NCBI GenBank assembly: GCA_964463985.1
Contig: CAYXEK010000009.1
Coordinates: forward strand, 572 to 64,571
DNA from: an uncultured Verrucomicrobiota bacterium
Lineage (GTDB): Bacteria > Verrucomicrobiota > Kiritimatiellia > JAAZAB01
Direction: 5' to 3'
Length of the DNA: 64,000 nt
Shown: positions 42,590 to 52,671 of the stretch, piece after piece
Layout of the letters: each line of letters begins with the position of its first letter
How positions within the stretch are numbered: position 1 is the first letter of the stretch
Notes under the pieces: generated by a model
Database searches by the model: none
Told to the model about the DNA's origin: nothing
Seen by the model: only the letters and a program-made list of their open reading frames with translations
Made by a program: the position numbers and the translations under genes

Positions 42590-43006
42590 ATGGCGACCCG
42601 TCATGCCGCGCGCGCCTGGGCCATGCAGGTGCTTTTTTCCCTGGATTTCAATCCGCTGACTCCGGACCAGGCGCTGGCCCTGTTCTGGAAAAATCAGCCG
42701 GCGGATGAAAAAGCACAGCGGTTCACCGGCGAATTGGTCCGCGGCGTAACAGCCAACCGCGACCAACTGGATGCAGTCATCCGGAAACATGCCGCCAATT
42801 GGGATTTGCAGCGGATTAACGCCGTGGATCGAAATATCCTGCGGGTATCCCTGTTCGAAATGCAACACCGGCCGGATATTCCTCCCATCGTTTCCATCAA
42901 CGAAGCGGTGGACCTCGCCAAACGATTCAGCGGCGACGAATCGGGCAAATTCGTCAACGGCATCCTCGATCAGGCGCGGCTCGGCATGATTGCGGCGGCT
43001 ACATGA
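42590..43006 (+). CDS. nusB: transcription antitermination factor NusB
   Basis: 'ARAWAMQVLFSLDF' and 'DRNILRVSLFEM'. Confidence 0.85.
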   Translation: MATRHAARAWAMQVLFSLDFNPLTPDQALALFWKNQPADEKAQRFTGELVRGVTANRDQLDAVIRKHAANWDLQRINAVDRNILRVSLFEMQHRPDIPPIVSINEAVDLAKRFSGDESGKFVNGILDQARLGMIAAAT

Positions 43007-43020
43007 CGGCGGAGGGCTGA

Positions 43021-44139
43021 ATGGTAAACAATTCCAGCGCCGCTGCCCGGACAGACCCGCATCGCTTCTGGATGCAGCGCGCCCTCGCCCTGGCGCGCCG
43101 CGGCGAAGGGCTTACCCGGCCAAACCCGCCGGTCGGCGCCCTGGTGGTCAACCGGGGCCGGGTGGTGGGATCAGGCTGGCACAGGCGCGCCGGCGCCCCG
43201 CACGCGGAAGCGCTGGCCTTGTCCGCCGCCGGCGCCCAGGCTCGCGGCGCAACCATCTACGTGACCCTGGAACCCTGCTGCACCCAGGGACGCACGCCGC
43301 CCTGCACCCGGGCCATAATTGCCGCCGGCGTCAAGACAGTGGCCGCCGCCATCCCCGACCCCAACCCGCGGCATCGGGGCCAGGGTTTTAAAATACTCCG
43401 GCAGGCAGGCATCGAAGTCATGGAAGGCATCGGCCGCGAAGAAGCACGGGAATTAATCGCGCCCTTCGCCAAGTGGATTGTCCGGGGCCGGCCATATCTG
43501 ACCCTGAAACTGGCCATGACGCTGGACGGCAAAATCGCCGACCGCCGCGGACAATCCAAGTGGATTACCAGTCCGGCCTCCCGCCGGGAAGTGCAGGCCC
43601 TGCGCCGGCGCGCGGACGCGATCATGGTGGGCGCCGGCACGGTCCGGGCGGACAACCCGGGCCTCTTGCCCCGGCCCGCACGGGGCCGCCGGCCATGGCG
43701 CGTAATTGTAGACAGCCGCGGCATGCTGGCCGGCCGTTATCAAATTCTGCAGCCGCCGGATGCGGCGCAAACCATCATGGCCGCCACAGATGCCTGCCCG
43801 TTGAAAACCCGCGCGCGCTGGCAGGCGGCCGGCGCGCAGGTATGGGTGCTGCCGTCCGCCGGCGGCCGGGTATCATTGCCGGCTTTGTTGCGCCGGCTCG
43901 GCGCCATGGGATTGCTCCACGTGGTGTGCGAAGGCGGCGGCGAGATGGCCGCCGCCCTGATCCGCGCCCGGCTGGTGGATGAATACCGGTTTTTCATCGC
44001 GCCGCGCATCCTCGGCGGCAAAGATGCTCCCGGCGCCGCAGGCGGTCCGGGCTGGCTGCTGCAATCGGCGCCGGAACTGGCATTCGCCGACTGCCGGCGG
44101 CTCGGAAGGGACCTGATGATCAAGGCTCTGCCGGCATGA
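43021..44139 (+). CDS. ribD: riboflavin biosynthesis deaminase/reductase
   Basis: 'HAEALAL...TLEPC' CMP/dCMP-deaminase zinc motif plus a reductase domain. Confidence 0.9.
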   Translation: MVNNSSAAARTDPHRFWMQRALALARRGEGLTRPNPPVGALVVNRGRVVGSGWHRRAGAPHAEALALSAAGAQARGATIYVTLEPCCTQGRTPPCTRAIIAAGVKTVAAAIPDPNPRHRGQGFKILRQAGIEVMEGIGREEARELIAPFAKWIVRGRPYLTLKLAMTLDGKIADRRGQSKWITSPASRREVQALRRRADAIMVGAGTVRADNPGLLPRPARGRRPWRVIVDSRGMLAGRYQILQPPDAAQTIMAATDACPLKTRARWQAAGAQVWVLPSAGGRVSLPALLRRLGAMGLLHVVCEGGGEMAAALIRARLVDEYRFFIAPRILGGKDAPGAAGGPGWLLQSAPELAFADCRRLGRDLMIKALPA

Positions 44140-44241
44140 TTCATTTGCGCTAAACCGCAAAATTGAAAAATTAACAGTAGACTTATTTCCCGTTTTCTGA
44201 TATAAGACCGCAACTTTTTCAGGCATACCAGCAGCAACGGA

Positions 44242-44994
44242 ATGACAGGCATGGAACAATTTAAAGATAAAATCGTCCTTGTGACCGGCGCCGCCCGCGG
44301 CTTGGGCCGGGCGATTGCTGAAAAATTCGCCGCCCGGGGCGCGCATGTCGCGATCTGCGATTTGAACCGCGAATGGCTGGCCGACACGGAAAAAGCCATC
44401 ACCGGCCGCGGCCGCCAGGCACTGGCGCTGGCGGCGGATGTAAGTAACCCGGAACATGCGCAAGCGGCGCTGGATGCGGTGGTTAAGCAATTCGGACGCC
44501 TCGATGTCATGGTCAACAACGCCGGCATCACCAAGGACGGTTTCCTGGTGCGCATGTCGGAAGCCGATTGGGACGCGGTCATCAACATCAATCTCAAGGG
44601 AACGTTCCTCTTCACCAAACAGGCGGCCAAGGTCATGATGAAGCAGAAATCCGGCGCCATCGTGAACGTGGCCTCCATCATCGGTTTGATCGGCAATGCC
44701 GGCCAGGCCAATTACGGCGCCTCCAAGGCGGGGGTGATTGCCCTGACCAAATCCGCCGCCAGGGAACTGGCATCGCGCAATATCCGGGTCAACGCCGTCG
44801 CGCCCGGCTTCATTGAAACCAGAATGACGGAAGTTCTGCCGGAGGAAATCCGGCAGAAAATGCTGGCGGCCATTCCCATGGGCAGGTTTGGCAAGCCGGA
44901 AGATGTGGCGAACGTGGTGCTGTTCCTGGCCGGCCAGGACGCGGCCTATATGACGGGCCAGGTCCTGACCATCAGCGGCGGCATGGTAATGTAA
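44242..44994 (+). CDS. fabG: 3-oxoacyl-ACP reductase
   Basis: 'VTGAARGLGRAIA', 'NNAG', and the 'YGASKAG' catalytic Tyr/Lys. Confidence 0.9.
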   Translation: MTGMEQFKDKIVLVTGAARGLGRAIAEKFAARGAHVAICDLNREWLADTEKAITGRGRQALALAADVSNPEHAQAALDAVVKQFGRLDVMVNNAGITKDGFLVRMSEADWDAVININLKGTFLFTKQAAKVMMKQKSGAIVNVASIIGLIGNAGQANYGASKAGVIALTKSAARELASRNIRVNAVAPGFIETRMTEVLPEEIRQKMLAAIPMGRFGKPEDVANVVLFLAGQDAAYMTGQVLTISGGMVM

Positions 44995-45015
44995 CATAAC
45001 AAACAGGAGGATCGC

Positions 45016-45255
45016 ATGGCTTTAGAGGATAAAGTACGGGATATCATCGTGGAAAACCTGGGAGTCAACGCCGAACAGGTCACTCCGGAAGCTTCTTTTG
45101 TGGAAGACCTCGGCGCCGATTCGCTGGATACCGTCGAATTGGTCATGGCGTTTGAAGAAGAATTCGGGGCCGAAATCCCCGATGAAGACGCCGAAAAACT
45201 GACCACGGTCGGCGCGGTGATCAATTATCTCAAGGAAAAAGGCCTGGGCGAATAA
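45016..45255 (+). CDS. acpP: acyl carrier protein
   Basis: '[20 protein letters not shown]' phosphopantetheine site. Confidence 0.95.
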   Translation: MALEDKVRDIIVENLGVNAEQVTPEASFVEDLGADSLDTVELVMAFEEEFGAEIPDEDAEKLTTVGAVINYLKEKGLGE

Positions 45256-45271
45256 TCCGACCAGCCAGCAA

Positions 45272-45308
45272 GGCCGGGAATGGCGGTCGCCCTTCCCGGC
45301 TTTTTTTT
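45272..45308 (+). terminator. rho-independent terminator between acpP and fabF
   Basis: GC-rich stem GGCCGGGAA / TTCCCGGC followed by T8. Confidence 0.7.
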
Positions 45309-45325
45309 AACATGGGATGGTTGTT

Positions 45326-46561
45326 ATGCGGAAAGTAGTTGTCACCGGTCTCGGCGTGGTCAGCCCGCTCGGCTGCCAATTGGATGTATTCTGGAAGCGC
45401 AGCATGAACGGCGTCTCCGGCATCCGCCGGGTGCAGCAGTTCGACTGTTCGCCTTACCAGTCGCAAATCGGCGGCGAGGTCATTGAATTCAACGCGGACG
45501 AGTTCCTCTCCAAAAAGGATCAGCGCCGCAGCGACCGCTACAGCCATTTCGCCATTGCCGCCGCCAAAATGGCGGTGACGGATTCCGGCCTGGATTGGAC
45601 CAGGGAAGACCCGACGCGCGGCGGCGTCATCGTCGGTTCCGGCATCGGCGGTTTGCAGACCCTGCAAACCCAGCATGCCATTCTGCGCGACAAGGGCCCG
45701 TCCCGCTGCAGCCCCTTCATGATTCCGCAGATGATCAGCAACATGGCGGCCGGCCTGATCGCCATCGAACACCAGCTTAAAGGCCCGAATTTCGCCGTCG
45801 TCACCGCCTGCGCCACCGCCGCCCACGCCGTGGGCTGCGCCATGCAGAACATCAAGCTCGGCGAGGCAGATATCATGCTGGCCGGCGGCGCCGATGCCTG
45901 CCTGTGCGATTTGGGCTACGCCGGCTTCTGCGCCCTGCGCGCACTCAGCACCCGCAATGACGCCCCGGAACAGGCCAGCCGTCCGTTCGACGCCGACCGC
46001 GATGGCTTTATCATGGCGGAAGGCGCCGGCATAATCGTGCTGGAGGAGATGGAACATGCGCGGCGGCGCGGCGCCCGGATTTACTGCGAATTGGCCGGCT
46101 ACGGCGCCACCTGCGACGCTTTCCATGAAACCGCTCCGGAAGAAAGCGGCGATGGCGGCGCCCGCGCCATGCGCCTGGCAATCCAAAGCGCCGGCGAACG
46201 ACCCGAGAATGTTGATTACATCAATGCCCACGGCACCAGCACCAAGCTCAACGATGCCTGCGAAACCCGCGCCATCAAATCCGCCCTGGGCGAGCATGCC
46301 CGCCGCGTCATGATCAGTTCCACCAAGTCCATGACCGGCCACCTGCTGGGCGCCGCCGGCGGCGTTGAAGCCGCAATTTGCGCGCTGGCCATCCAGCATC
46401 AAGCCGTGCCGCCGACCATCAACTACACCACGCCCGATCCGGAATGCGACCTGGATTACGTGCCCAATACCGCGCGTGAAAATCAGCGGCTGCGCTTCAT
46501 ATTGAGCAATTCGCTCGGGTTCGGCGGACACAACGCCACGCTGGCCTTCCGCGCAATCTGA
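45326..46561 (+). CDS. fabF: 3-oxoacyl-ACP synthase II
   Basis: 'MRKVVVTGLGVVSP', active-site Cys 'ACATAAHAV' and 'HGTST'. The start is probably the second ATG, at 45326. Confidence 0.9.
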   Translation: MRKVVVTGLGVVSPLGCQLDVFWKRSMNGVSGIRRVQQFDCSPYQSQIGGEVIEFNADEFLSKKDQRRSDRYSHFAIAAAKMAVTDSGLDWTREDPTRGGVIVGSGIGGLQTLQTQHAILRDKGPSRCSPFMIPQMISNMAAGLIAIEHQLKGPNFAVVTACATAAHAVGCAMQNIKLGEADIMLAGGADACLCDLGYAGFCALRALSTRNDAPEQASRPFDADRDGFIMAEGAGIIVLEEMEHARRRGARIYCELAGYGATCDAFHETAPEESGDGGARAMRLAIQSAGERPENVDYINAHGTSTKLNDACETRAIKSALGEHARRVMISSTKSMTGHLLGAAGGVEAAICALAIQHQAVPPTINYTTPDPECDLDYVPNTARENQRLRFILSNSLGFGGHNATLAFRAI

Positions 46562-46762
46562 TGTCTGCCCGCGGCCTGGTCGGCCCCCGGCGCGCCCATG
46601 CTGCGCCGGACACGGCGCCCTTCTACTCACGCCGACAGGCGCTTAAAATTCAAGTGGCAAAATCCCGCGGGATAAAATACACTAGGCGCAATCGGAAACG
46701 GCGCGCCGGCCGGAATCTTTCCGCGCAGGGGGCCGGAACTGATGTGAAAGGAATGCGTCCGG

Positions 46763-47926
46763 GTGGGTCTGAACAAAAAAGAAAAACTGGAAAAGTATTT
46801 CCTGGACCTGATCCATGACCGCCGGCAAGGCCGCGGCGCGGAAGCCATGCGCTCCGTCCTGCGTCAATTATCCCGGATTTACGGCGGGATCATCGCCATG
46901 CGGAATTTTCTCTACGAACAGGGCATCTTCCGCCACCATACCCTGGGATGCCAGGTCATCAGCATCGGCAACCTGACGGTCGGCGGCACGGGAAAAACGC
47001 CGATCGTGGAAATTTTCGCCCGCGCCCTTCAACTGGAGGGACGGCGGGTCGCCATCCTCAGCCGCGGCTACAAAAAAGTCGAACACAGCTTCTGGAAAAA
47101 GAATCTCGACAAGCTCACCGGCCGGGAACGGCGCCGGCCGCCGCGGGTGGTGTCCGACGGCAAATCGCTGCTGCTGGACGCCGCGCGCAGCGGCGATGAA
47201 CCTTACATGCTGGCGTCCAACCTGCCGGAAGTGGCGGTGGTGGTTGACAAGGACCGCGTGAAAAGCGGACGCTACGCCATTGACAAACTCAAATGCGATA
47301 CCCTGGTGCTGGACGATGGATTCCAATACCGCGCGCTCAAGCATCGCGTGGAAATCGTGCTGGTGGATTCCACCAACCCTTTCAGCAACGGCCACATCCT
47401 GCCGCGCGGCCTGCTGCGTGAACCGGCGGCCAATATCCGCCGCGCGGATTTCATTTTCATCACCAAGTCCCCGGATGCCGCGCAGACGGAATTGCAAGCC
47501 CGGCTGCGCCGGCTCAACCCGCGGGCGGAAATCTCCGTCTGCGCCCACCATCCGCTTTACCTGCAAAATATTTATACCGGCGAACGTCTGCCGCTGGACT
47601 GGCTGAATTCGCGGCGGCTGGCAACCGTCGCCGGCATCGCCATTCCGGACGGTTTTGAAAATGAAATCCGCCGGCAGGGCGGCCAACTGGTTTACTGCAA
47701 ACGCTTCGCCGACCATCACCGCTATACCCAGCAGGAAATAATTGATTTGATCAACAAGGCCCGCCGGCGCGGCGCCGGCGCCATCATCACCACCGAAAAG
47801 GACGCCGTGCGCATGCCCAAAATCCAGCGGGTGGATGTGCCGCTGTATTTCCTGCGGGTAGAAATCAAGCTGCTGAGCGGCGCCGAGGACTTTCATGCAT
47901 GCATCTCGCGCATCTGTTTCCGCTGA
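46763..47926 (+). CDS. lpxK: tetraacyldisaccharide 4'-kinase
   Basis: P-loop 'GNLTVGGTGKTP' and 'ILSRGY'. GTG start. Confidence 0.85.
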   Translation: MGLNKKEKLEKYFLDLIHDRRQGRGAEAMRSVLRQLSRIYGGIIAMRNFLYEQGIFRHHTLGCQVISIGNLTVGGTGKTPIVEIFARALQLEGRRVAILSRGYKKVEHSFWKKNLDKLTGRERRRPPRVVSDGKSLLLDAARSGDEPYMLASNLPEVAVVVDKDRVKSGRYAIDKLKCDTLVLDDGFQYRALKHRVEIVLVDSTNPFSNGHILPRGLLREPAANIRRADFIFITKSPDAAQTELQARLRRLNPRAEISVCAHHPLYLQNIYTGERLPLDWLNSRRLATVAGIAIPDGFENEIRRQGGQLVYCKRFADHHRYTQQEIIDLINKARRRGAGAIITTEKDAVRMPKIQRVDVPLYFLRVEIKLLSGAEDFHACISRICFR

Positions 47927-48932
47927 AACGCCCGGGCCGGCCGGCGCGGAAACCGTTTTGATCATCGGCGTCAACTGGCTGGGCGACAGCATCATGGCCA
48001 TGCCGGCGCTGCAAAGCTTCCGACGGCGCCGCCCGGGGGCGCGGGTGGTCATGGTTGTGCGGCCGCACCTGGCGCCGCTGTGGCAAATGCACCCGGCCGT
48101 CGCCGAGGTGCGACCCTGCTCCGGCGCCCTGCCCGCGCTCCGGCAACTGGTCCGGGCGCTCCGCCGCGAACGGCCGGCCGCCGCTTATATCTGGCCGCGT
48201 TCGTTCCGCGCCGCCCTGGCACCCTGGCTGGCCGGCATCCCTCGGCGCTACGGACTGCCCGGCCATGGCCGCGATTGGATGCTGACGGACGTTATTCCGC
48301 CGCCGGCGGATGAACGCCGGCACCAGGCTTTCGAATACCTGAACCTGATGGGCGATGCCGCCGTGGAAATCGAGCCGCCAGTCTTGCAGGCGCCCTCGCT
48401 CCTGCAACAACAATGGCGCGCGCGTCTGCAGGCGGCCGGCGCCGCCGCGTGGGTGGCGCTGCTGCCCGGGGCGGCCTTCGGGCCGGCCAAGCGCTGGCCG
48501 GCGGAGCGGTTTGCCGCCGTTGGACGGCGCCTGCAACGGGAGTTGTCCGCCGGCGTGGCGGTGCTGGGCGCCGCGGCGGAACGGGAGTTGTGCCGGCAGG
48601 TCGCGGATCAAATCGGCGGCATTGCCATCAGCCTGGCCGGCCAAACCTCGTTGACGGACCTCGCCGCCATCCTCTCCGTCTGCCGGCTGGCCGTGGCCAA
48701 TGACAGCGGCGGCATGCATCTCGCCACCGCCATGCATACCCCCGTAGTGGCCGTCTTCGGCATAACCAATCCGGACCAGACCGGCCCGCTCGGACCGCGG
48801 GTCTGCGTTTTGCAGAACAGCTCCTACCGCGCCCGCGATTTCAAACCGGGGATTCACCAGGCCGCCGAGGCGCTCGCCGCCATCACGCCCGAACAGGCCG
48901 CCGCCGCCGCATTGCGCCTCCTGGCCGGCTGA
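47895..48932 (+). CDS. GT9-family glycosyltransferase (ADP-heptose:LPS heptosyltransferase-like)
   Basis: 'LIIGVNWLGDSIMAMPALQS' and 'NDSGGMHLAT'. It overlaps the lpxK 3' end; the start may be TTG 47958. Confidence 0.75.
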   Translation: MHASRASVSAETPGPAGAETVLIIGVNWLGDSIMAMPALQSFRRRRPGARVVMVVRPHLAPLWQMHPAVAEVRPCSGALPALRQLVRALRRERPAAAYIWPRSFRAALAPWLAGIPRRYGLPGHGRDWMLTDVIPPPADERRHQAFEYLNLMGDAAVEIEPPVLQAPSLLQQQWRARLQAAGAAAWVALLPGAAFGPAKRWPAERFAAVGRRLQRELSAGVAVLGAAAERELCRQVADQIGGIAISLAGQTSLTDLAAILSVCRLAVANDSGGMHLATAMHTPVVAVFGITNPDQTGPLGPRVCVLQNSSYRARDFKPGIHQAAEALAAITPEQAAAAALRLLAG

Positions 48933-49083
48933 TCCATGCTTTGCGGTGTCATGCCGGCCGGACAAGTGCTCCGCTAAACGGCCCGAAATGACCCTAACGC
49001 GGTGCGCTGGCCGCAATCCTCCTCCGCCTGGCTATGGCGGACACGCCAAATTTAACAGCGTTTATTCCCTCGCCGCATTAGCT

Positions 49084-49153
49084 GGATTAGGGGTCATGGA
49101 TTAGGGGTCAGTCAAGTTTTCTTGTGGATTAGGGGTCAGTCAAGTTTTCTTGC
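49084..49153 (+). repeat. tandem direct repeat: a 28-bp unit 'ggattaggggtcagtcaagttttcttg' present twice, preceded by a 14-bp partial copy
   Basis: Copies at 49098-49125 and 49126-49153, with a partial copy at 49084-49097. It lies in the convergent intergenic region between the GT9 and FGE-like genes. Confidence 0.6.
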
Positions 49154-49211
49154 GATTTCAAGCACAAGATCCATCAAGCCGCCGCCCCGGGTATCAGCTG
49201 CGCGGCCGGGA

Positions 49212-50012
49212 TCAAGGTGCCGTGGCGGGCGCCAGTACCAGTCGGAATCCGACCATTGAATTTTTCTGTTCCGGGCGGGCGTAACTGCGGAAGCCCAACC
49301 GCATGATATCTTCTTCGAAATTGTTCCAGCCGCCGCCGCGCAACACGCGATACCGCCGGGAATCATCCAGCCAGTTGGCGCACCATTCCCAGACATTGCC
49401 GCCGACCCCGTAAAGGCCCCAGGCATTGCGTCCGCTGGATTCCACCGGCGCGCTGACGATAAACCCGTCGTTATGCCCGCGGATGTAATGCGCATCCTCG
49501 AAAATCATGTAAAATGCGCCCATGCCTTCCTCGCCCCGGTAATTCCAATCATTGGGCGGCGGCCAGCGATTGCCCCACGGGTATATCCGGCGCGCTCCGG
49601 CCGCGGCATACATGGACCACTCCTGCTCCGTCGGCAGGCGGAAGGCAAACCCCGGCGGCATTTGCCCTCGGAAATTGCGGTTCAGCCAGCCGGCATAGTT
49701 GCCGGCATCTTCCCAGGATACTTCCACCACCGGCTGGCTGGCGCCGGCCAGGCTGTTGTTGTAATACGCCGCCGGCCGATGCGCCAGATCGTACCGCCGA
49801 TACTGGCCGTTGGTTACTTCATAACGCCCCACCCAGATGCCCGCCGCTCCGACCCAGACCATCTCTAGCTGCTCGTCATCGCCCAGGTGCAACCGCCAAA
49901 TCTGCCCCGGCGCCGGCAAATGCTCCGGACGCGCCGCGGACGCCGCGTGACCGCGCCAGCCGCCGCCCGCCAGCAAGCCAAACGCCAGAATTATCCGCCA
50001 GTAAATCCGCAT
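49212..50012 (-). CDS. formylglycine-generating enzyme (FGE/SUMF1) family protein with a signal peptide
   Basis: C-terminal 'RVLRGGGWNNFEEDIMRLGFRSYARP...GFRLV'. The start is probably ATG 50012 ('MRIYWRIILAFGLLAGGG'). Confidence 0.75.
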   Translation of the reverse strand: MRIYWRIILAFGLLAGGGWRGHAASAARPEHLPAPGQIWRLHLGDDEQLEMVWVGAAGIWVGRYEVTNGQYRRYDLAHRPAAYYNNSLAGASQPVVEVSWEDAGNYAGWLNRNFRGQMPPGFAFRLPTEQEWSMYAAAGARRIYPWGNRWPPPNDWNYRGEEGMGAFYMIFEDAHYIRGHNDGFIVSAPVESSGRNAWGLYGVGGNVWEWCANWLDDSRRYRVLRGGGWNNFEEDIMRLGFRSYARPEQKNSMVGFRLVLAPATAP

Positions 50013-50251
50013 GTATCGCCCCTTGTTGCTATGCCGGCACAGCGCCATCGTCCATTCAGAAAGCGCCCCAGTCATCGCGGAAAGCTTGCCACAACCGGCA
50101 GCCGGTGTCAACCGCAGGCTGACCCGCGCCGAACGTGGCGAATATTATTGACACTTAATTTGCGGTTGTTACTGTGGCCATCACACTGAAATATTCGGCT
50201 GCGAGCGCAAGCGCGTTGCCGTTTGCATCAAATCAACAAAAGGACAAAATC

Positions 50252-51775
50252 ATGCACAAGTCTTCCGGGCAAACCCTGAAAATCGGCTGGGCATCGGCCG
50301 ACCTCACACCGGATCGGCCGGTAATCATCTGCGGGCAATTTCACGCCCGGGTGTCCGAGGGAATTCTTGACCCCTTGACGGCCACCGCGCTGGCGCTGGA
50401 GTCGGGCAGCGTCAGGGCGGCGCTGGTAAGTTGCGACTATGCCGTCATCCCCGATTTCTTACGCGATGAAGTCCGCGCCCGGGCGCACGCGGCCTGCCCC
50501 GAACTGCCGCCGGCAAGTATCGTGATTAATGCCACGCACACCCATTCCTCCGCGGAAATCAGGGTAAAAAACGACCTGCTGCGGACTACCGTGGAAAATG
50601 CTCCCACGTATTTCGGGGTCAGCCCGCAGGAGCTCGGCGTGATGCCGCCCGAGGACTATGTCGCCGGGGTGATTGACAAAATCGCTCAGGCCGTCATCCA
50701 GGCCTGGCAGACGCGCGCCCCGGGCGGGATCGGGTTCGGCCTGGGCCAGGCCGTGGTCGGACGCAACCGCCGCCTGGCGTATTACACCGGCGAATCCAGG
50801 ATGTACGGGAAAAGCAATGACCCGGAATTCAGCCACGTGGAAGGCTGCGAGGATCACGCGGTTAACCTGCTCTGCACTTATGATCCGGATAAAAATCTAA
50901 CCGGCATGGTGGTCAACCTGGCCTGCCCGGCCCAGGTTAGCGAGAACATATTTCAAATCAGCGCGGATTTCTGGCACGATACGCGCGTGGAACTGCGCCG
51001 GCGCTTCGGCGCCGGCCTTTTCGTGCTGCCGCAGTGCAGCGCCGCGGGCGATCAGTCGCCCCACGTGCTGATCGGTCAGGCCGCTGAATCGCGCATGCTT
51101 TACCTGAAGGGCCTTACCGATAAACTGCCCGATAAACCGGATAACAACCTGGGCGCGCCGCTGGCATTGCGCCGGGAAATCGCGCTACGCATTGCCGAAA
51201 CCGTTGCCGCGGTGTTGCCGGCCATCCGGCGGGACATCCGGTTTGCCCCGGTCTGTGCGTGCCTGACGGAGGTTGTGAATCTGCCCATGACCAAGCTGAC
51301 ACAGGCAGACGCCGATTACGCGCGCGGGCAGGCTGCGCAACTGCGCGCGCAATTCGACCAGGAACAATCCAATTTGCAAACGCATCCGGAAATCAAGCAA
51401 GACCCGCACTGGTATGTAAAAATTACCGGCGCATTTCGCCGGATGCTCTGGTTCGCGGGAGTGGTTGACCGGTGTGAGCATCAGGCCGACCGGCCGTCCG
51501 TGCCGGTGGAAACGCTTGTTTTGCGCCTGGGCGACGCAGCCATGGCCTTCAATCCGTTCGAATATTACCTCGATTACGGTATGCAGATCAAGGCGCGCAG
51601 CCCGGCGACGCAGACTTTTGTCGTGCAACTGGCGGGCACCGGCACCTACGTGCCCACACCGCGTTCCGTGGCCGGCAAAGGATACGGCTCGATCCCGGCC
51701 AGCAACCCGGTCGGGCCGGAAGGCGGGCGGCAGCTGGCTGAAAAAACCCTGGCCATGCTCGCCGCAGCCTGGTAA
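50252..51775 (+). CDS. neutral/alkaline ceramidase-like domain protein
   Basis: N-terminal region 'LKIGWASADLTPDRPVIICGQFHARVSEGILDPLTATALALE' parallels the N-terminus of the 33058-35433 protein. RBS 'aaaagga' before ATG 50252. Confidence 0.55.
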   Translation: MHKSSGQTLKIGWASADLTPDRPVIICGQFHARVSEGILDPLTATALALESGSVRAALVSCDYAVIPDFLRDEVRARAHAACPELPPASIVINATHTHSSAEIRVKNDLLRTTVENAPTYFGVSPQELGVMPPEDYVAGVIDKIAQAVIQAWQTRAPGGIGFGLGQAVVGRNRRLAYYTGESRMYGKSNDPEFSHVEGCEDHAVNLLCTYDPDKNLTGMVVNLACPAQVSENIFQISADFWHDTRVELRRRFGAGLFVLPQCSAAGDQSPHVLIGQAAESRMLYLKGLTDKLPDKPDNNLGAPLALRREIALRIAETVAAVLPAIRRDIRFAPVCACLTEVVNLPMTKLTQADADYARGQAAQLRAQFDQEQSNLQTHPEIKQDPHWYVKITGAFRRMLWFAGVVDRCEHQADRPSVPVETLVLRLGDAAMAFNPFEYYLDYGMQIKARSPATQTFVVQLAGTGTYVPTPRSVAGKGYGSIPASNPVGPEGGRQLAEKTLAMLAAAW

Positions 51776-51813
51776 AGCCGCGCTGCGGCTTGGCTGGTGC
51801 TTCCAAATCCGGG

Positions 51814-52671
51814 TTACGGCGCCGGCGCGCGCAGCCGCTCCAGCATGGTTTTGATATTAGCCAGCGAGTTCAAAAGCGCCGTCCAGTGTTCCAGATCCGG
51901 CTCGCCGTCGCTTTCGCAGGATACAAACCCGTCATAGCCGAAGCTGTGCAGCCGCTCCAGACACCGCGCCAGGGGCAAAGCCCCCGTGCCCACAACACAA
52001 TTCTCCACATCGCCGCGCGCGCCCGGCCGGAAGCGCCGGTCCTTGACATGCACGTGCATCACCAGGGGCAGCAGCTTTTCAAGTTCGCCCAGCGGGTCGG
52101 CCTTGACCGCCATGTTGCCCGCCAGGAAATTGCCCAGATCAATGCAGACGCCCAGCAAAGGCGAACCGACGGCTTCGATGATCATCTGCAGTTCTTCCGC
52201 CAACCCTGGCAAATCCCCGTGATTTTCCAAAACCAGCCGCAACCCGGTCCCTTCCACGACGCGGACGGCCTGTTTCAACCCGGCAACCACATTGGCCAGC
52301 CCCTCCTCCCGCAACAGACCCGCCAGCTTGCCGCGCGAGCCGCCCATGATCCGCAGGTACGGCGCGCCGATGATGCGCGCCTCCGGGATGGCGCGCGCCA
52401 GGTTCTCCAGCCCGGCGGCATGTGTCGCCGCCTGGGTAAAGTCGTTATAAATCATGTAGGCCGGGGCATCCATGCCGGCCTGGCGCATGACTGCCGCCAT
52501 TTTTTCCAGCCATTGCCGGCGTTCCGGCTCACTGCTGCCTCCGACGCAGGTCGTTGTCAACTCCAACCCGGCTACGCCCAAGCGCCCGGCCAGCGGCACA
52601 AACTCAAAATAATCTATCTTTAAACATTTCAGCGCCGGCCCCGCGGCGCTGCCTGCAACAGCTAGTTTCAT
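51814..52671 (-). CDS. sugar phosphate isomerase/epimerase (xylose-isomerase-like TIM barrel)
   Basis: 'MHVHVKDRRFRPG' and 'CIDLGNF' pattern of the AP_endonuc_2 family. Confidence 0.7.
   Translation of the reverse strand: MKLAVAGSAAGPALKCLKIDYFEFVPLAGRLGVAGLELTTTCVGGSSEPERRQWLEKMAAVMRQAGMDAPAYMIYNDFTQAATHAAGLENLARAIPEARIIGAPYLRIMGGSRGKLAGLLREEGLANVVAGLKQAVRVVEGTGLRLVLENHGDLPGLAEELQMIIEAVGSPLLGVCIDLGNFLAGNMAVKADPLGELEKLLPLVMHVHVKDRRFRPGARGDVENCVVGTGALPLARCLERLHSFGYDGFVSCESDGEPDLEHWTALLNSLANIKTMLERLRAPAP

Noticed and set aside
43740-46630. Long minus-strand ORFs (323, 374 and 466 aa) across ribD, fabG, acpP and fabF
   Set aside because: They are antisense to four highly conserved genes and have no motifs.
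49084-49153. Possible CRISPR array
   Set aside because: Only 2.5 direct repeats with no intervening unique spacers, and no cas genes nearby.
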